DNA of 64,000 nt, from positions 4,712,001 through 4,776,000 of the forward strand of contig CATNEN010000029.1 in the NCBI GenBank assembly GCA_950097015.1, written 5' to 3'. The stretch comes from Macrostomum hystrix (lineage: Eukaryota > Animalia > Platyhelminthes). The notes under the pieces were generated by a model, which worked only from the letters and a program-made list of their open reading frames with translations, was not told where the DNA came from and searched no databases. Positions 43,473 through 56,400 of the stretch are shown here, piece by piece; the stretch's first letter is position 1; the number at the start of each line of letters is the position of its first letter. The translations under genes and the position numbers were made by a program.

Positions 43473-43799
43473 CGCGTGTTTGACGGTTGCTGCGGCTTGC
43501 GATTGAAAATCAATCGAATCTCGGTGAAATATTTTAAACATGAGCCAATTTTTAGTGCCGAAAACAAGCTGTCGAAAAGTTATAACCTTTCAGTCCGATC
43601 TCTTTGCTCCCCCACTCTCCGTATCCGCTGGTTCAGAACCAATCGGAATTGCCGTTCTAGTCTCCGCGGCGGTGTGACTGACTGGTTGCTGGTTCGGTAT
43701 AATAAAAAAGAGACAGTGAAAAAAACACCGCCAATTCACCCAGCCTAAAATGCTGCGGCAACTGGCTATGCAAGGCTTTTCTGCCATCGCATCAAATTA

Positions 43800-44910
43800 T
43801 AACGTCGATGAGTCACTATTTAACAGAAGGCCAGGATAAAGAGGTTTAATAATCAACTGAATTATGTGCCACTTTTATCAAGGACCACTTAAATAAAAAA
43901 GTACATTTCTGGTGGTGATTGTTTCCGGTTTTGATAAGCCTAGAATTCGACAAACTTAAGCGAGATGAAAAGCTTGTCGAAATGCACCTGTACATGGACC
44001 TGAACAAAAATTCCGAGCTACATGACTGACGAATTTCACTGCACACCATACTTTCAGAGGCGTGAGGCGTTGGCTCGCGATAGATTTAAGCAGCTGCTGA
44101 CATTTTTGCGCTTCTGCGACTGCAGGGAAGAAGCAAGCGCCGACCCTCCGCACAAGATTCGTCCATTCATGAATCTGCTCCAGGCTTATTGGAAGAAAAT
44201 ATGAAGTTTGGCTCCACACAGGACTGTGTACTATTAGCGAGCGAATTGTAGCATTCTTGACCAAGGGTACAGAATATTTACCGACACCTGGTTTACATCA
44301 TACAGGTTGTCCCAGTTCGTTATCGGCCATTCAACTTTCCTGAACGGGCACCCTGAGGCCAGACAGAGGAGGTCCGGCTCAGCTTCGGCAGGCTATCGTG
44401 ACTCCGAACAATGTTGCTTTCGTGAAGAAGGGACTTGTTCTGATTGTGAAGGCTGTTGAGAGAAAGCGGAGTGGAGCCAAGACCTTGTATTTGCTGGACA
44501 CGAAGGACGTTGCGTCAAAGGCTGAGAAAGTCGAGATCAATCGAGCTGGTCAGCATGTGGCCGTGCAGATGAGCCGCAGTGTGCTAACTTAAAATCGCTG
44601 CATGGGTGGAGTGGACATGCTGGACGGCACCCTGCAGCCTTATGACGCTGGCAGAAAAACAACAAAATGGTTCCACAAGCTGGACTTCAGATGGGCATAT
44701 GTGCCTTCAGATGCTGCGCAATGCTTGGGTTCTGTACTGCAAGTGTGGTGGCCAGAATACCTTCATCAAATATCTCGAAGCCAGCATCAACGAGTTGGTA
44801 GATCGAACTGGAAATGGTAGGAAGCGACCGGCCTCCATGCTTCCATGCACATTTTATTTCTGCAGCCAATGTCCAGTGAAGTATCAACGGAATGAACCTA
44901 CTTTCCGCTA
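43800..44910 (+). mobile_element. Decayed piggyBac-family transposase (stops, frameshifts, internal deletion)
   Basis: Fragments LARDRFKQLLTFLRFCD...DPPHKIRPFMNLL and (Y)NRCMGGVDMLDGTLQPYDAGRKTTKWFHKL, plus a C-terminal Cys cluster (FCSQCP), match piggyBac/PGBD transposase motifs. No TIR or TTAA pair was identified. Confidence 0.85.
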
Positions 44911-45594
44911 AAACTGACGTTTTCATCCTTCCTGTTTACTGGTTATGTCTGTTGTCTATTGATTCTTAATTATATTTTCGCACGAGCCGTACGCTCTGTA
45001 TTCGCAGGTAAGTTCGAATGGTCAAATGTATCAGCTTTTTTATTTTGTTATTTAACTACGAGCGTAGCTGTTTGCATTGCTAAAATACGAATTCAAACTT
45101 CAATTAAGCTTCTTTAAATGAAATATTTGATTGGCCCTAAGGGCATGTACTGACAAAACATAAGTAAGAATGTAGAATTCAAAGCCTATTCTTGTACCCC
45201 GATGAGAGTAGGCAGCTAGGCGTCACACAGCATGCGCAGAATTTATCCCTCTGTAACATCAGTTTATGCTCAGCTTGTTTAAATGTTATCTTAATTTTAC
45301 GGGAGACGTTTTTTACAGTAGGTTCGTTTTCGCGAAGTCTTGAGATTACATGCTGACTGCCGATTAGTTGCTGTTAGGTTGATGTCTATGGCATAAATCA
45401 AAGCGTGACCTGGCAAATTCCTTGGGAATATAATATTAAGATGACAGTGACAGTATATTTGCAGTTAAATTTGGCTTCCCAACTTATAGTTAGACTATTT
45501 AGTAGTCCCTGGCTTATACAAGTGACAAGTAAAATATAACAAAGCTTACAGCTTTCGTACACACGTGAGTATCTATGCATATGATCTAGGAGCT

Positions 45595-45662
45595 ATTTTT
45601 AAACATGACGTCATTTTGCGTCATCGTCCAACGAGCTATAAATAGCTCACCAAGATGGCTAA
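45595..45662 (+). promoter_or_regulatory. Candidate promoter cluster upstream of the 2-TM gene
   Basis: TGACGTCA (CRE), a TATAAAT inside the inverted repeat GAGCTATAAATAGCTC and CAAGATGGC (YY1-like) lie within ~70 nt, 75-130 nt upstream of the ATG at 45735. Confidence 0.35.
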
Positions 45663-45734
45663 CTTTTAACTTCTCGATTCTACAAAGAAAGATCCAGTGA
45701 ACCTAATTTATTTAACTTTATAAAGTTAACTCGG

Positions 45735-46242
45735 ATGAATTGTAAGGAGTTACAAGCCGAAGCCACACCCGAAAAAGCTGAACCCGTCCCAGGAGAAAAT
45801 ATGGCCAATGGCGACGCGGCGAGATACAGAAATAAGCGCGACAAAGTACAAGGAGAAAAAGAAAAGATCGGGCTAGGATCGATTTCGGATTCTCCGAAAA
45901 TGCGCCTCTGCCGCTCGGAGCTGCAGATCTGTCTGTGGTTCTGCTTGTTGATAGCCCTTCTCTGCATCATCAGCGGCATGATTTTGGTGACAGTTGACAA
46001 CAAACTACGAGAGGCGGTTTAACAAGGGCGACAGAAGCAAGTCTGCGACTCAACGGCAAGACGATCCGTGGCCGTTAAATCGCATCTTCGGTGCCGTCCC
46101 AGCAGTCTGCGGTGCCGCCTGCGGCGTCACCATCATCGGCCTGCTGCTCGGTGATTCCGGCGACCCGCGCCAGCTCAGGCGTCGTCACCGTCTAGAATGG
46201 CCCCGGTCAACAGGCAATGGCCCAGCCGTTTGCCAGTATTGA
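45735..46242 (+). pseudogene. Small two-TM protein gene interrupted by a 1-nt frameshift near 46003 (pseudogene or assembly indel)
   Basis: ORF 45735..46022 ends just after a TM segment (LQICLWFCLLIALLCIISGMILVTV). The overlapping ORF 45994..46242 carries a second hydrophobic segment (IFGAVPAVCGAACGVTIIGLLLG) with GC3-rich codons. Removing one A from GACAACAAACTAC fuses the two. Confidence 0.45.
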
Positions 46243-46939
46243 CGATGCCACCGGCTCTGGCATAGCACCCATTGTTGTTGCGGACCAGTCTGGCAGTGGC
46301 CGCAGTGACACAAGAAACGTCAGCATTTTCCGCAGCAGTTAATTTTTTTTCCGAAACTTGATAGAACCGCATTGTGAGTGACAGGGTTTTGTCATTTTCA
46401 CAATGCTTTCTCTTCAAATCATGCCATTAAGAAAGAAATCTTACCGACCAGCACCTGCTACAGGCGTTGACAAATAATATTAGAAAACCTGACTCCCGTC
46501 CATAGCTGATGATACACGAGGGCTAGAGCTGATTAATAATTTGGCTACAAGCAATCTAGCCAGAGAGGCCTGGTTTGCAGCATTGTATCACTCCATTATG
46601 CGGGTCAGGTTTAAGCGAGATTGCAAAATCGTCTAGTGATTCTATATACTCGTATCTGTATGCAGAAGAACAAGCCGAGAATGCTGCTGAAAAAATCTAG
46701 CTTTTTTAATGATTCCCTGGTTTGCTTCGAAAAAAGACAAACATCAATAAACTGTTTTTATCTTTATAAGATAAAAACCTTGCAGTTAGTATTATTTTTT
46801 AAAGCGAATTTATAGCTTATTTTCGTACCCGAATTTATATATGAAAAGTAAGTGACACTCCAAGTGGCGATACTTTAGTAAAACACAGGTGGCAAAATCA
46901 ATTAAAAAACTGGATTTCATTGTCTACCTAGGATGCCAG

Positions 46940-47610
46940 AACTAGATCCCATTGTCCACCTAAGAACTCATTGATTCCATTGTCCACCTAAGAACTCCTT
47001 GATCCCATTGTCCACCTAAGAACTCCTTGATCCCATTGTCCACCTAAGAATTCCTTGATCCCATTTTTCACCAAAGAACTCCAGTATCCCATTGTCCACA
47101 TAAGAACTCCAATATCCCATTGTCTACCTATGAACTCCTTGATCCCATTGTCCACATAAGAACTCCAATATCCCATTGTCCACATAAGAACTCCAATATC
47201 CCATTGTCTACCTATGAACTCCTTGATCCCATTTTTCACCTAAGAACTCCAGTATCCGATTCTCGAACTAATAACTCCAATATCTCATTGTCCACCTAAG
47301 AACTCATTGATCCCATTGTCCACCTAAGAACTCCAATATCCCATTGTCCACATAAGAACTCTAATATCCCATTGTCTACCTATGAACTCCTTGATCCCAT
47401 TTTCCACCTAAGAACTCCTTGATCCCATTTTACACCTAAGAACTCCTTGATCCCATTGTCCACCTATGAAATCCTTGATCCCTTTGTCCACCTAAAAACT
47501 CCTGGATCCCTTTGTCCACCTAAGAACTCCTTGATCTCATTGTCCACCTAAGAACTCCAATATCCAATTTTCTACATATGAACTCATGGATCCGATGTCC
47601 ACTAAGCCTG
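46940..47610. repeat. Minisatellite, 28-nt unit (GATCCCATTGTCCACCTAAGAACTCCTT)
   Basis: About 24 degenerate copies. Confidence 0.9.
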
Positions 47611-48569
47611 ACATAAAACACCTTTAGTTTCAATAACCAGGCTTCTGCTGTTTCTGTAAATGCCACCTATACATAGCAACCGCACCTGAGAAGTCACCAA
47701 GACGGGGAAAATATCTTACAAGAGTTGAAATAGAGCAATCAAACGATGCTTCTGTTGAATAGAATCTCACGCAGCAGGGTTGGGAATCGGAAGGGCAGAA
47801 AGCAGAAGACGATGAACAATTACACATAATAAGAGAAGCAGAAAAAGCACAGCAAAATAATCCTGAGTCAGTTAAATTTGTTTCTCTTTCGAAAACAACA
47901 AAAATACATAAAAGCGGCAGGTGGATGGGGAGACAATGTGGGCGAGAATGATCTAAAAAACGCGAATCACGAGTATAGCATGGACGCACGGGCTAAAAAT
48001 AGAATATTTAATGAATCGATATTGTGTACAAATGAAGGTTATGCAGACTCGTTTCAATTAATATACTATTTAATAAGCTGACGATAGAATGAGATGAGTT
48101 AGCCACAGGTGATGGCCCCGCAAACACAACACAACTCAACACAAAACTCAACAACTAATCCCCCAGAAATAAGTATTGAGCCATGCAGCGACAAAAATGT
48201 ATACAAAGAAATGCCAATGAGAATGCAAAGTTAAAAAATAATAAAACTAATTGATTCATAATTAGTTTATGCATAATATTCGTATGTACATTGATGAGAA
48301 CACCTGAATTTTAACATGTACAATCATTGCGAGAGAGAACAGATATAGTGGCCAGAGCGATTGGATTAATTGAACAGACAAAAATAAGCACAGAGCAGAG
48401 CAGTAAGCAATTAATAAAAAAGGAAACAATTGTGCGAGCGTCATACAGCGAGAGGTAGTTTAATAAAGCTGAGGTAACAACAGAAGCAGGTTCGGGAATA
48501 GAGAACAACAGCCATGTAGGGCCGGCCAGCATCACTGATCATTGTATGCGGATTGTCTGCAATGAGAGC

Positions 48570-49635
48570 CTGACTGCTCAACCTGAAGGACATTTGGGAG
48601 GCTTACTGCTCAACCTGATGGAGATTAAGGAGGCTGACTGCTCAACCTGATGGAGATTAAGGAGGCTGACTGCTCAACCTGATGGAGATTAAGGAGGCTG
48701 ACTGCTCAACCTGATGGAGATTAAGGAGGCTGACTGCTCAACCTGATGGAGATTAAGGAGGCTGACTGCTCAACCTGATGGAGATTAAGGAGGCTGACTG
48801 CTCAACCTGATGGAGATTAAGGAGGCTGACTGCTCAACCTGATGGAGATTAAGGAGGCTGACTGCTCAACCTGATGGAGATTAAGGAGGCTGACTGCTCA
48901 ACCTGATGGAGATTAAGGAGGCTGACTGCTCAACCTGATGGACATTTGGGTGGCTCACTACTCAACCTGATGGAGATTAAGGAGGCTGACTACTCAACCT
49001 GATGGGCATTTGGGAGGCTGATTGCTTAACCTGATGGAGATTAAGGAGGCTGACTACTCAACCTGATGGGCATTTGGGAGGCTGATTGCTTAACCTGATG
49101 GAGATTAAGGAGGCTGACTACTCAACCTGATGGACATTTGGGTGGCTGACTACTCAACCTGATGGAGATTAAGGAGGCTGACTACTCAACCTGATGGAGA
49201 TTAAGGAGGCTGACTGCTCAACCTGATGGACATTTGGGTGGCTCACTACTCAACCTGATGGAGATTAAGGAGGCTGACTACTCAACCTGATGGGCATTTG
49301 GGAGGCTGATTGCTTAACCTGATGGAGATTAAGGAGGCTGACTACTCAACCTGATGGGCATTTGGGAGGCTGATTGCTTAACCTGATGGAGATTAAGGAG
49401 GCTGACTACTCAACCTGATGGGCATTTGGGAGGCTGATTGCTTAACCTGATGGAGATTAAGGAGGCTGACTACTCAACCTGATGGGCATTTGGGAGGCTG
49501 ATTGCTTAACCTGATGGAGATTAAGGAGGCTGACTACTCAACCTGATGGGCATTTGGGAGGCTGATTGCTTAACCTGATGGAGATTAAGGAGGCTGACTG
49601 TTCAACCTGATGGAGATTCGGCAGGCTGACTGCTC
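48570..49635. repeat. Minisatellite, 32-nt unit (CTGACTGCTCAACCTGATGGAGATTAAGGAGG) with a 64-nt higher-order dimer
   Basis: A homogeneous block is followed by alternating GAGATTAAGG / GGCATTTGGG variants. Confidence 0.92.
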
Positions 49636-50419
49636 AATTAATGGGGGCTAGGCTGGACTGAGTTACAAGTGAACTAGGTGACCACATATAGGTAACAGCT
49701 AAATGGCGTACAGTACCTGATATTTTCATCAAGGCTTGATTTGCAAGAAATTTCACATTATAAACTAGATAACGAACAGTAAAGAGCATAAAAAGAGAGT
49801 TAAAAATCATAAAATATAGATAAAAAGTCTCCTGCCAGTTGTACAATGAGGATTATAGCGGATGATAGGATCGTGTACACGGGATGAATTCCCTGAATCT
49901 AATTTAGTCGGCCTGACAAAAGCATATTGTAATTGAAAACGAATTGCTTGCACAGGTAGCGGTCTGAACGGATAAACTTTTTAGAAGACAGAATCCTTAG
50001 CAAACAAAACCAGATGCTCGAATTAAGCGGAAACGGCTTCCTGATTGTGGCTGCGGTTAAAAACGAATAATGAGACTTGAAAAATAATTTCACAAAAAAA
50101 ATTTCATAGGGCGCAGTTTTGTGTTTATAAAGTGATTGTAATTGATTCAGACTTTTGGACAAAACCGAGGTGCTCCGATGGCGCGCGGTAAAAGCGAAGC
50201 GTATTTTGAAGCCGAGAAATTGTTGGTCAAGCCCCGAACAGACAATTGAAGCGACAAAAACAAATAAGGAAACAAAAATAAGGTTCACACACGATTTCAC
50301 AGATAAAAAAACGTCTCCCTTGTTCAGGCACCACTTTTTGTGTGTACAGTAAGCCACAAATCCCATTTGCTGCAATTCGATGGGGAGGGAAAAATAAGGG
50401 AAATTGTTTAGTCGACATG

Positions 50420-53400
50420 TCACGCTGCGCTGCGCTCCTCAGCAGGTGGAGATGCAGCGCCAGCAGCAGCTGCAGCATCTTCAGAATCGGGCGCAAAAGC
50501 AGGTTTCGTCGGAGGATCCGATGCGGCCGAAATAGCACTGCCGCCGCATTCGATGCATTTGCACGGATCCGAGTTGTTGCCATCCGACAGAGATTTTCTA
50601 TAATTCTTGCAGGAGACACTCTCGCTGCTGCTCTGGCTGGCAGCGGCTTGAAGTCCAGCCGGTGGAACGCAGTCGCCAGCCGCAGTGGATTTAGCGGCAG
50701 AGCCGGGCACAAGCAGCGGATGCTGCTGATCCTCGTAGGCTGCCAGCTGCTGTTTCTCCTCGCGCCTACCACAGCAGCCGTTGGAATAGGTGGCGGTCAT
50801 TGGCAAGCACACGTGGCTATTGTGACCACGCTGTTGGACCCCGTTGCAGTCTGTCGTAGCGTTAGTCATTTGACGAACAAAACTGTCTGGTCCGGACGGG
50901 CCATTAGTTTGTCGACGCTGGCGACGCCGGTGACGATTGTGCCGCTGGCGAACAAAGATGAACCAGACTGCTGCCAGGGTGGCCAAGCCGAGAGCGTAGC
51001 TGATCAGGGCGGCCAGGGCGTGGGACCACAGCGGATAGTGCGGCGGCTCGCTAGGCGGGGCCTGACGCGATTGGCCAGCCGAGTTATCCAGGGCGGTTGA
51101 AGGGCAGCGGGGCGGCTGCAGCGGCGGCCGAACAACATTCGTTGGTGTTGGCAATAAAGTCGGCGGCGATGGCGTTGAAGACAAAGGCAGCAGAGTTGCC
51201 GCAGGCGTGGATGCTGGACTGTGCCGCCTGACTGGCTGGCTGGCGGACTCAAATACTGGCACTGCGTGAGCAGCCCCGCATGGCTCGGGCAGCTGAAGAC
51301 AGTCGCCGATGCCGAATCTGTTAGCGTCGGTAGGGGACAAGCCGGCCAGGGCGGGACTGTCACGCAGGTAGCAAGGATTGAAGCGACAGTTGGCGAACAA
51401 GGGCCGATCAGCGGCGGCCAATGGCAGGTCGGACTGTCGGATGCGCAGCAGGTTCCTATAGAAGCCTGGTTGGCCCAGCCAATCAACGCCCGGCTGAGTG
51501 CAGCCGTTGGTGACTAGCTCGGCCACTGATTGGCCGGTGTCAGCGTCCAGAAGCCGGCACTGCTCCACAATGGCTCCGTAGAGCAAATCGCTTCGATTCG
51601 GTCGCAGTTCAAGCGCGTAGTAGTTGCTAACCGTATGCGGGTGGCAGGTAAGCGGACGCAAATTACATATTGATTTCTATCCTATTTTGCTGATGGATGA
51701 ACTGGAGCACAAGGGAATAAGCATCTCCCTAAAAGACATAAATTGCTTCTTTTGTTATAAAATTCGAACTTCCGACCTTCGGTCAGAAATCCGAAGCACT
51801 AAACATTTGGGCTACAAACTACCTAAAAGTGAGTCGTGATTTTTTATTACACCTGCTCCAATCGAGCATGATATGCAGCCAACAGCACAACCGCAGCTAT
51901 TGTGCGGTGCATCTGAAGACTGCGTACGTCTGTTCAGTCCATGGACTGGGGGCGGTCACACCCACCCTCATTTACCCCAGATGATGCTGGTACCCATTTA
52001 ACAGCTGAGCAAACTGAAGCAATGCAGAATTAAGTGTCATGCTTAAATGACACAGATTGCTCGAGTTGAGTCGGGAATCGAACCCCCAACCTTCAAGTCG
52101 TGAGTCCGACGCTCTAACCACTAGGCTACAACCCCCTGCTGAAAGTGAAATACCTGTGCAAAGGCCATATCTTGGCGGAATAAATAGAATCTGGCATCAG
52201 CAAGAAGCCTCACTACGGAATCGAAGTCACGACCCTCTTAAAAAATCCCTCAAATCCAAATATTTTTTCGATGGACAATGCTACACACAATGGCTGTACG
52301 CCAGGCTCAACTCAGAGCAGACAGGCAGGCAGCCTTACCTGTGCAATTGGCCACCGATGCCGCTGCTATTAATATGAGTCAGGCTGAGCTGGTATGTCAA
52401 ATGGCTGGCCAACTGAGCTCTTTTCCGCTCCCAGTCTGCGGTAGGCCGGGAAGACCGGGGGCCGATTCGGTCGGCTAGCGTCACAGCCTTGTCGCTCCAT
52501 GTCAGACAGTTGACGTAGCGCCTTTGTACAGGCTCCGTGGCCAAGTCCTGTCTGCCAGGCGACAGCAGTCCAGTAAGTTTAGTATCCGGGCGCCAGTTAT
52601 GAAATTCCGCCAATAGACATCCGGACACTTTGTTAGCTTTGTAAGCGCTGCCGCATTCGCCTGACACTATTAAACGAGACGCGCTACCGTCTGGTAACCT
52701 CGTCAGCCGACAGGAATCGCTGGAATTGAAGGCGTTGGAGACTGAAATTTAGGTGGATGCGATGCCCCCCTAGTCCATGGACTGCACAGCTGTACACAGC
52801 CTTTATCTATCAACAGTAGAAAGATTACACTATTTTTGCCCTGGGTAGAGACCACGGTGGGGTATTTCAAATACCCACTGCCTACTTCAAGACAGCTCCC
52901 AAACCGAATGACATATTTTCGTAAAAGTACACCATGGATCAGAATTTTCAAAATCGACGTCAGCATAGTCGAGATATTCAGCGATTATTTTCGGAAGACC
53001 CCGGTGACAAGGACAACTAACATTGCGCTGCATAAACTTTTATGCGAATATATATTAGTTATACAGAAAAAAGAAGAATGTGAGTGAAGTACCCCCCCCC
53101 ACTCAGTGGTCTTTCTACACGTTTGAACATAAACATTGATCATAAATCAATGCATTTTTAGCAGAAACCTATTAAATTTAAAAACAAAAAAACATTTTCG
53201 TCTATTGCTTCAAGGCGCCCTAAAAATACAAAGCAACAAGTAAACCCCAACTCACCCATTATCAGCGCTATTGTTGGCTATGACAGTGCCAGGTTCCCTA
53301 GCAACAGCAGCCCAGGCCAAGGTGTGACTGCAATTAGCTAGCACCTGGCTATCCAGTGTGACCAGAGCAAGGCCGCGCGACACTGGGACAAACTTCACTT

Positions 53401-56400
53401 GACTCATAGCCTCCTCCGGGTCGTAGGTGAATGGATCGAAGGTCACTAGAGCCAGGACAACACTATCCGATTCGGCAGGTTGAAAACGTATAGCCCGCAG
53501 GTAGGGCCCAGGCACCTGACTCTGGCGCAGTCGAGGCCGAACCTCAACGGTGACATTGGCGGCTGAACCGTTGCTAGTTAACACCTGGAGGGCCCGAGAA
53601 TCCGGGCAGCCATAGAGCAGCTTCAACGAATCCGTTGCCCAGTTGGCGACGTTGACGATAACGGAGGCCGGGCAGGCATCGCGCTGGCCGATGTTGTCAA
53701 AAGTCAGGGCCAGTACAAATTGGCCGCCGCGACCCGGCACTACCCGATTGTCTATGTTAATCTGGAAATTGGCGAATCGTAATTGCACAGCGTAAGTGAA
53801 TGAAGACTACTAAGGGCAGTAGTACTGTGAACAAATGTAATACCGCATGTGTAAAATCTGGCATTCACTCATATTTTATTATTTAGGTCCTAGACTCGAA
53901 TACGCGGTGAGGAGATGATGACATTCATTTGGGTAGCAGCCTCGCCCTAAAGAAGGTTTTAGGGACATATTAGGCCCACGAAGGCCAACCCTAAAGGCAA
54001 CATTGAGTGTGTCAAACTATGCGTCAGTGCCAATACTAACACAGACTCCTTGCAAAGCTAATTTATACCTGATTACAGCTTCACCAATTGGGCCAGATGT
54101 GCGCGGCGCATCTGAAGGCAGCAAAGTCCATGGTCGGGGGGGGGACGCCAACACCCTCCCTAAATTACCCCAGCTAATGCTGGTACCCATTTAATAGCTG
54201 GGTGAACTGGAGCAATGCACATTGCAAAGGACACAGATTTTTCCAGTGGAGTCGGGATTCGAACCCCAGACCTTTAAGTCGTGTGGTCGGGAGTTCGATT
54301 CTGAGCACAAGAGATACAATTTGTATCCTTGATGAAGACCCAGCTGTAATAATAATAATAATTGCAGGAGGGCTGCGGGCAATGGCACATCATTTGTTGA
54401 CACTAGACCCGCAGCCAGCGAGGAGGCAATTCTGCCCATTTCGCTGACTCCTGAGCACACACGCACACACTCACACAGGTGTGTACATCTGCCCTGACTT
54501 TCTCACTCTCACTGCGTCATGGAGGTTGGGCCTAAAGTGCGCAAATTGCACGACAAGCCCCCAAGCCTTCTCTCCGCGGCCGCGCCCCAAATAAAATGTC
54601 ACCTCGCCGTGGAATCAAACTTAGGGACATTGGTGCGAGAGGCAAACGCGATTCGGATGGGAATGGCGGTTCCCAGTCCATGGACTGCACATTTCCATCC
54701 CAAGCAACAACGGCAGTCTAACCTGCACAGCAGCCGGCAATCTGCCGCCGCCAATCTCAATGACAATAGTCCTAGCATCCGGAGAGCAATAGTCCCGGCT
54801 AGGCCCATCCGTATTAAAGGACATTGGCGCCGGGGTCGGATAGCCGAACCGGCGAAGCAGCGGAGTGCCCACAGAAACTATATCTCGGCGGCATTTGTCT
54901 GTCGATTCAACAAAGTGCACGCCATCGTAGGGGGCGCGGCTCAGCCTAGCGAATGGTAGACTGCGCGAGAAATACACGGCAACAAAAGCGGTGTTCTCAT
55001 AGCCTGGCCATTGTGAGTCTAGGTCGCGCGCTTTTTTCACATTGTTGACTCGATTGATTGTCAGATTAAAAGCAGGCGCAGGCCCAGCCAGCAGTACATC
55101 GCCAGAGTTTAGCGGCATATTAGCTAACAGGATGCTAACTGGCACCGAGAGCAGGTCTGGTCGCTCGAATTTCAGCGACACAATCGCCTTGTTATTGGAT
55201 CCTAATGGCCACAGCACCAGCTGCAGACTCTCGCCGCGGAATTCTTGATAGCCTGAAATAAACAAATTTGTGTCAGATAGACTAGGCAACAATGCATTAA
55301 GGATAAAAATACTGAGAATTAGCGTGACAAAAATATTTGTCTGCGAACGGTGACTTTAAAACATGGATCGGCCCAGGGCCTGCTACTAGGTCCTTTATAA
55401 AGTTAAAACGCCTGTCTTATATCTCCTATATTCCATCTGTCCCCCTCTCTTGCCTAATCACTATCGTGTCTCATCTCTTCCGTGTCTTTTCTCTTTTGTG
55501 TCTCATTTCTTTCGTGACATATCTTTGTTGTCTAATCTCTCGTGTGACTTATCTTTCTTGTACCTCCTCTCTCATGTGTGCGATCTCTCCCGTGTCTCAT
55601 CTTTCGCGTGACTTATCTCTCTGATGCCTTCTTCTCTCCAGTGTGCGATCTCTCCCGTGTCTTATCTCTTGCCTTATCTCTCCCGTGTCTTATCTCTTGC
55701 CTTATCTCTCCCGTGTCTTATCTCTTGCCTTATCTCTCCCGTGACTTATCTCTCTCATGCCTTCTCTCTCCAGTGTGCGATATCTCCCGTGTCTTATCTC
55801 TTGCCTTATCTCTCGCGTGACTTATCTCTCTCATGCCTTCTCTCTCCAGTGTGCGATATCTCCCGTGTCTTATCTCTTGCCTTATCTCTCCCGTGACTTA
55901 TCTCTCTCATGCCTTCTCTCTCCAGTGTGCGATATCTCCCGTGTCTTATCTCTTGCCTTATCTCTCCCGTGTCTTATCTCTTGCCTTATCTCTCCCGTGT
56001 CTTATCTCTTGCCTTATCTCTCCCGTGTCTTATCTCTTGCCTTATCTCTCTGATGCCTTCTCTCTCCAGTGTGCGATCTCTCCCGTGTCTTATCTCTTGC
56101 CTTATCTCTCCCGTGTCTTATCTCTTGCCTTATCTCTCCCGTGTCTTATCTCTTGCCTTATCTCTCCCGTGACTTATCTCTCGCGTGACTTATCTCTCTC
56201 ATGCCTTCTCTCTCCAGTGTGCGATATCTCCCGTGTCTTATCTCTTGCCTTATCTCTTGCCTTATCTCTCCCGTGTCTTATCTCTTGCCTTATCTCTCCC
56301 GTGTCTCATCTCTTGCCTTATCTCTCCCGTGTCTCATCTCTTGCCTTATCTCTCCCGTGTCTTATCTCTTGCCTTATCTCTCCCGTGTCTTATCTCTTGC

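Noticed and set aside
47650-48081. Protein-like plus-strand fragments (e.g. KAAGGWGDNVGENDLKN)
   Set aside because: They are interrupted by stops, with no recognisable family or consistent splice sites.
50342-51517. Plus-strand ORFs over the ZP last exon; likewise 1598..2236, 11080..11545, 17354..17863 and 36259..36522
   Set aside because: These are antisense shadows of GC3-rich coding exons.
52065-52132. tRNA-like sequence (apparent CAC anticodon); similar at 15840, 24425, 30150 and 31790
   Set aside because: The anticodon and acceptor stems pair poorly, and each continues into a shared SINE body, so these are SINE heads rather than tRNA genes.
52930-53025. Candidate extra ZP-gene exon (CPCHRGLPKIIAEY...)
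   Set aside because: It is homologous to the dispersed repeat at 38505, and the acceptor at 52719 already joins exon 53256 in phase.
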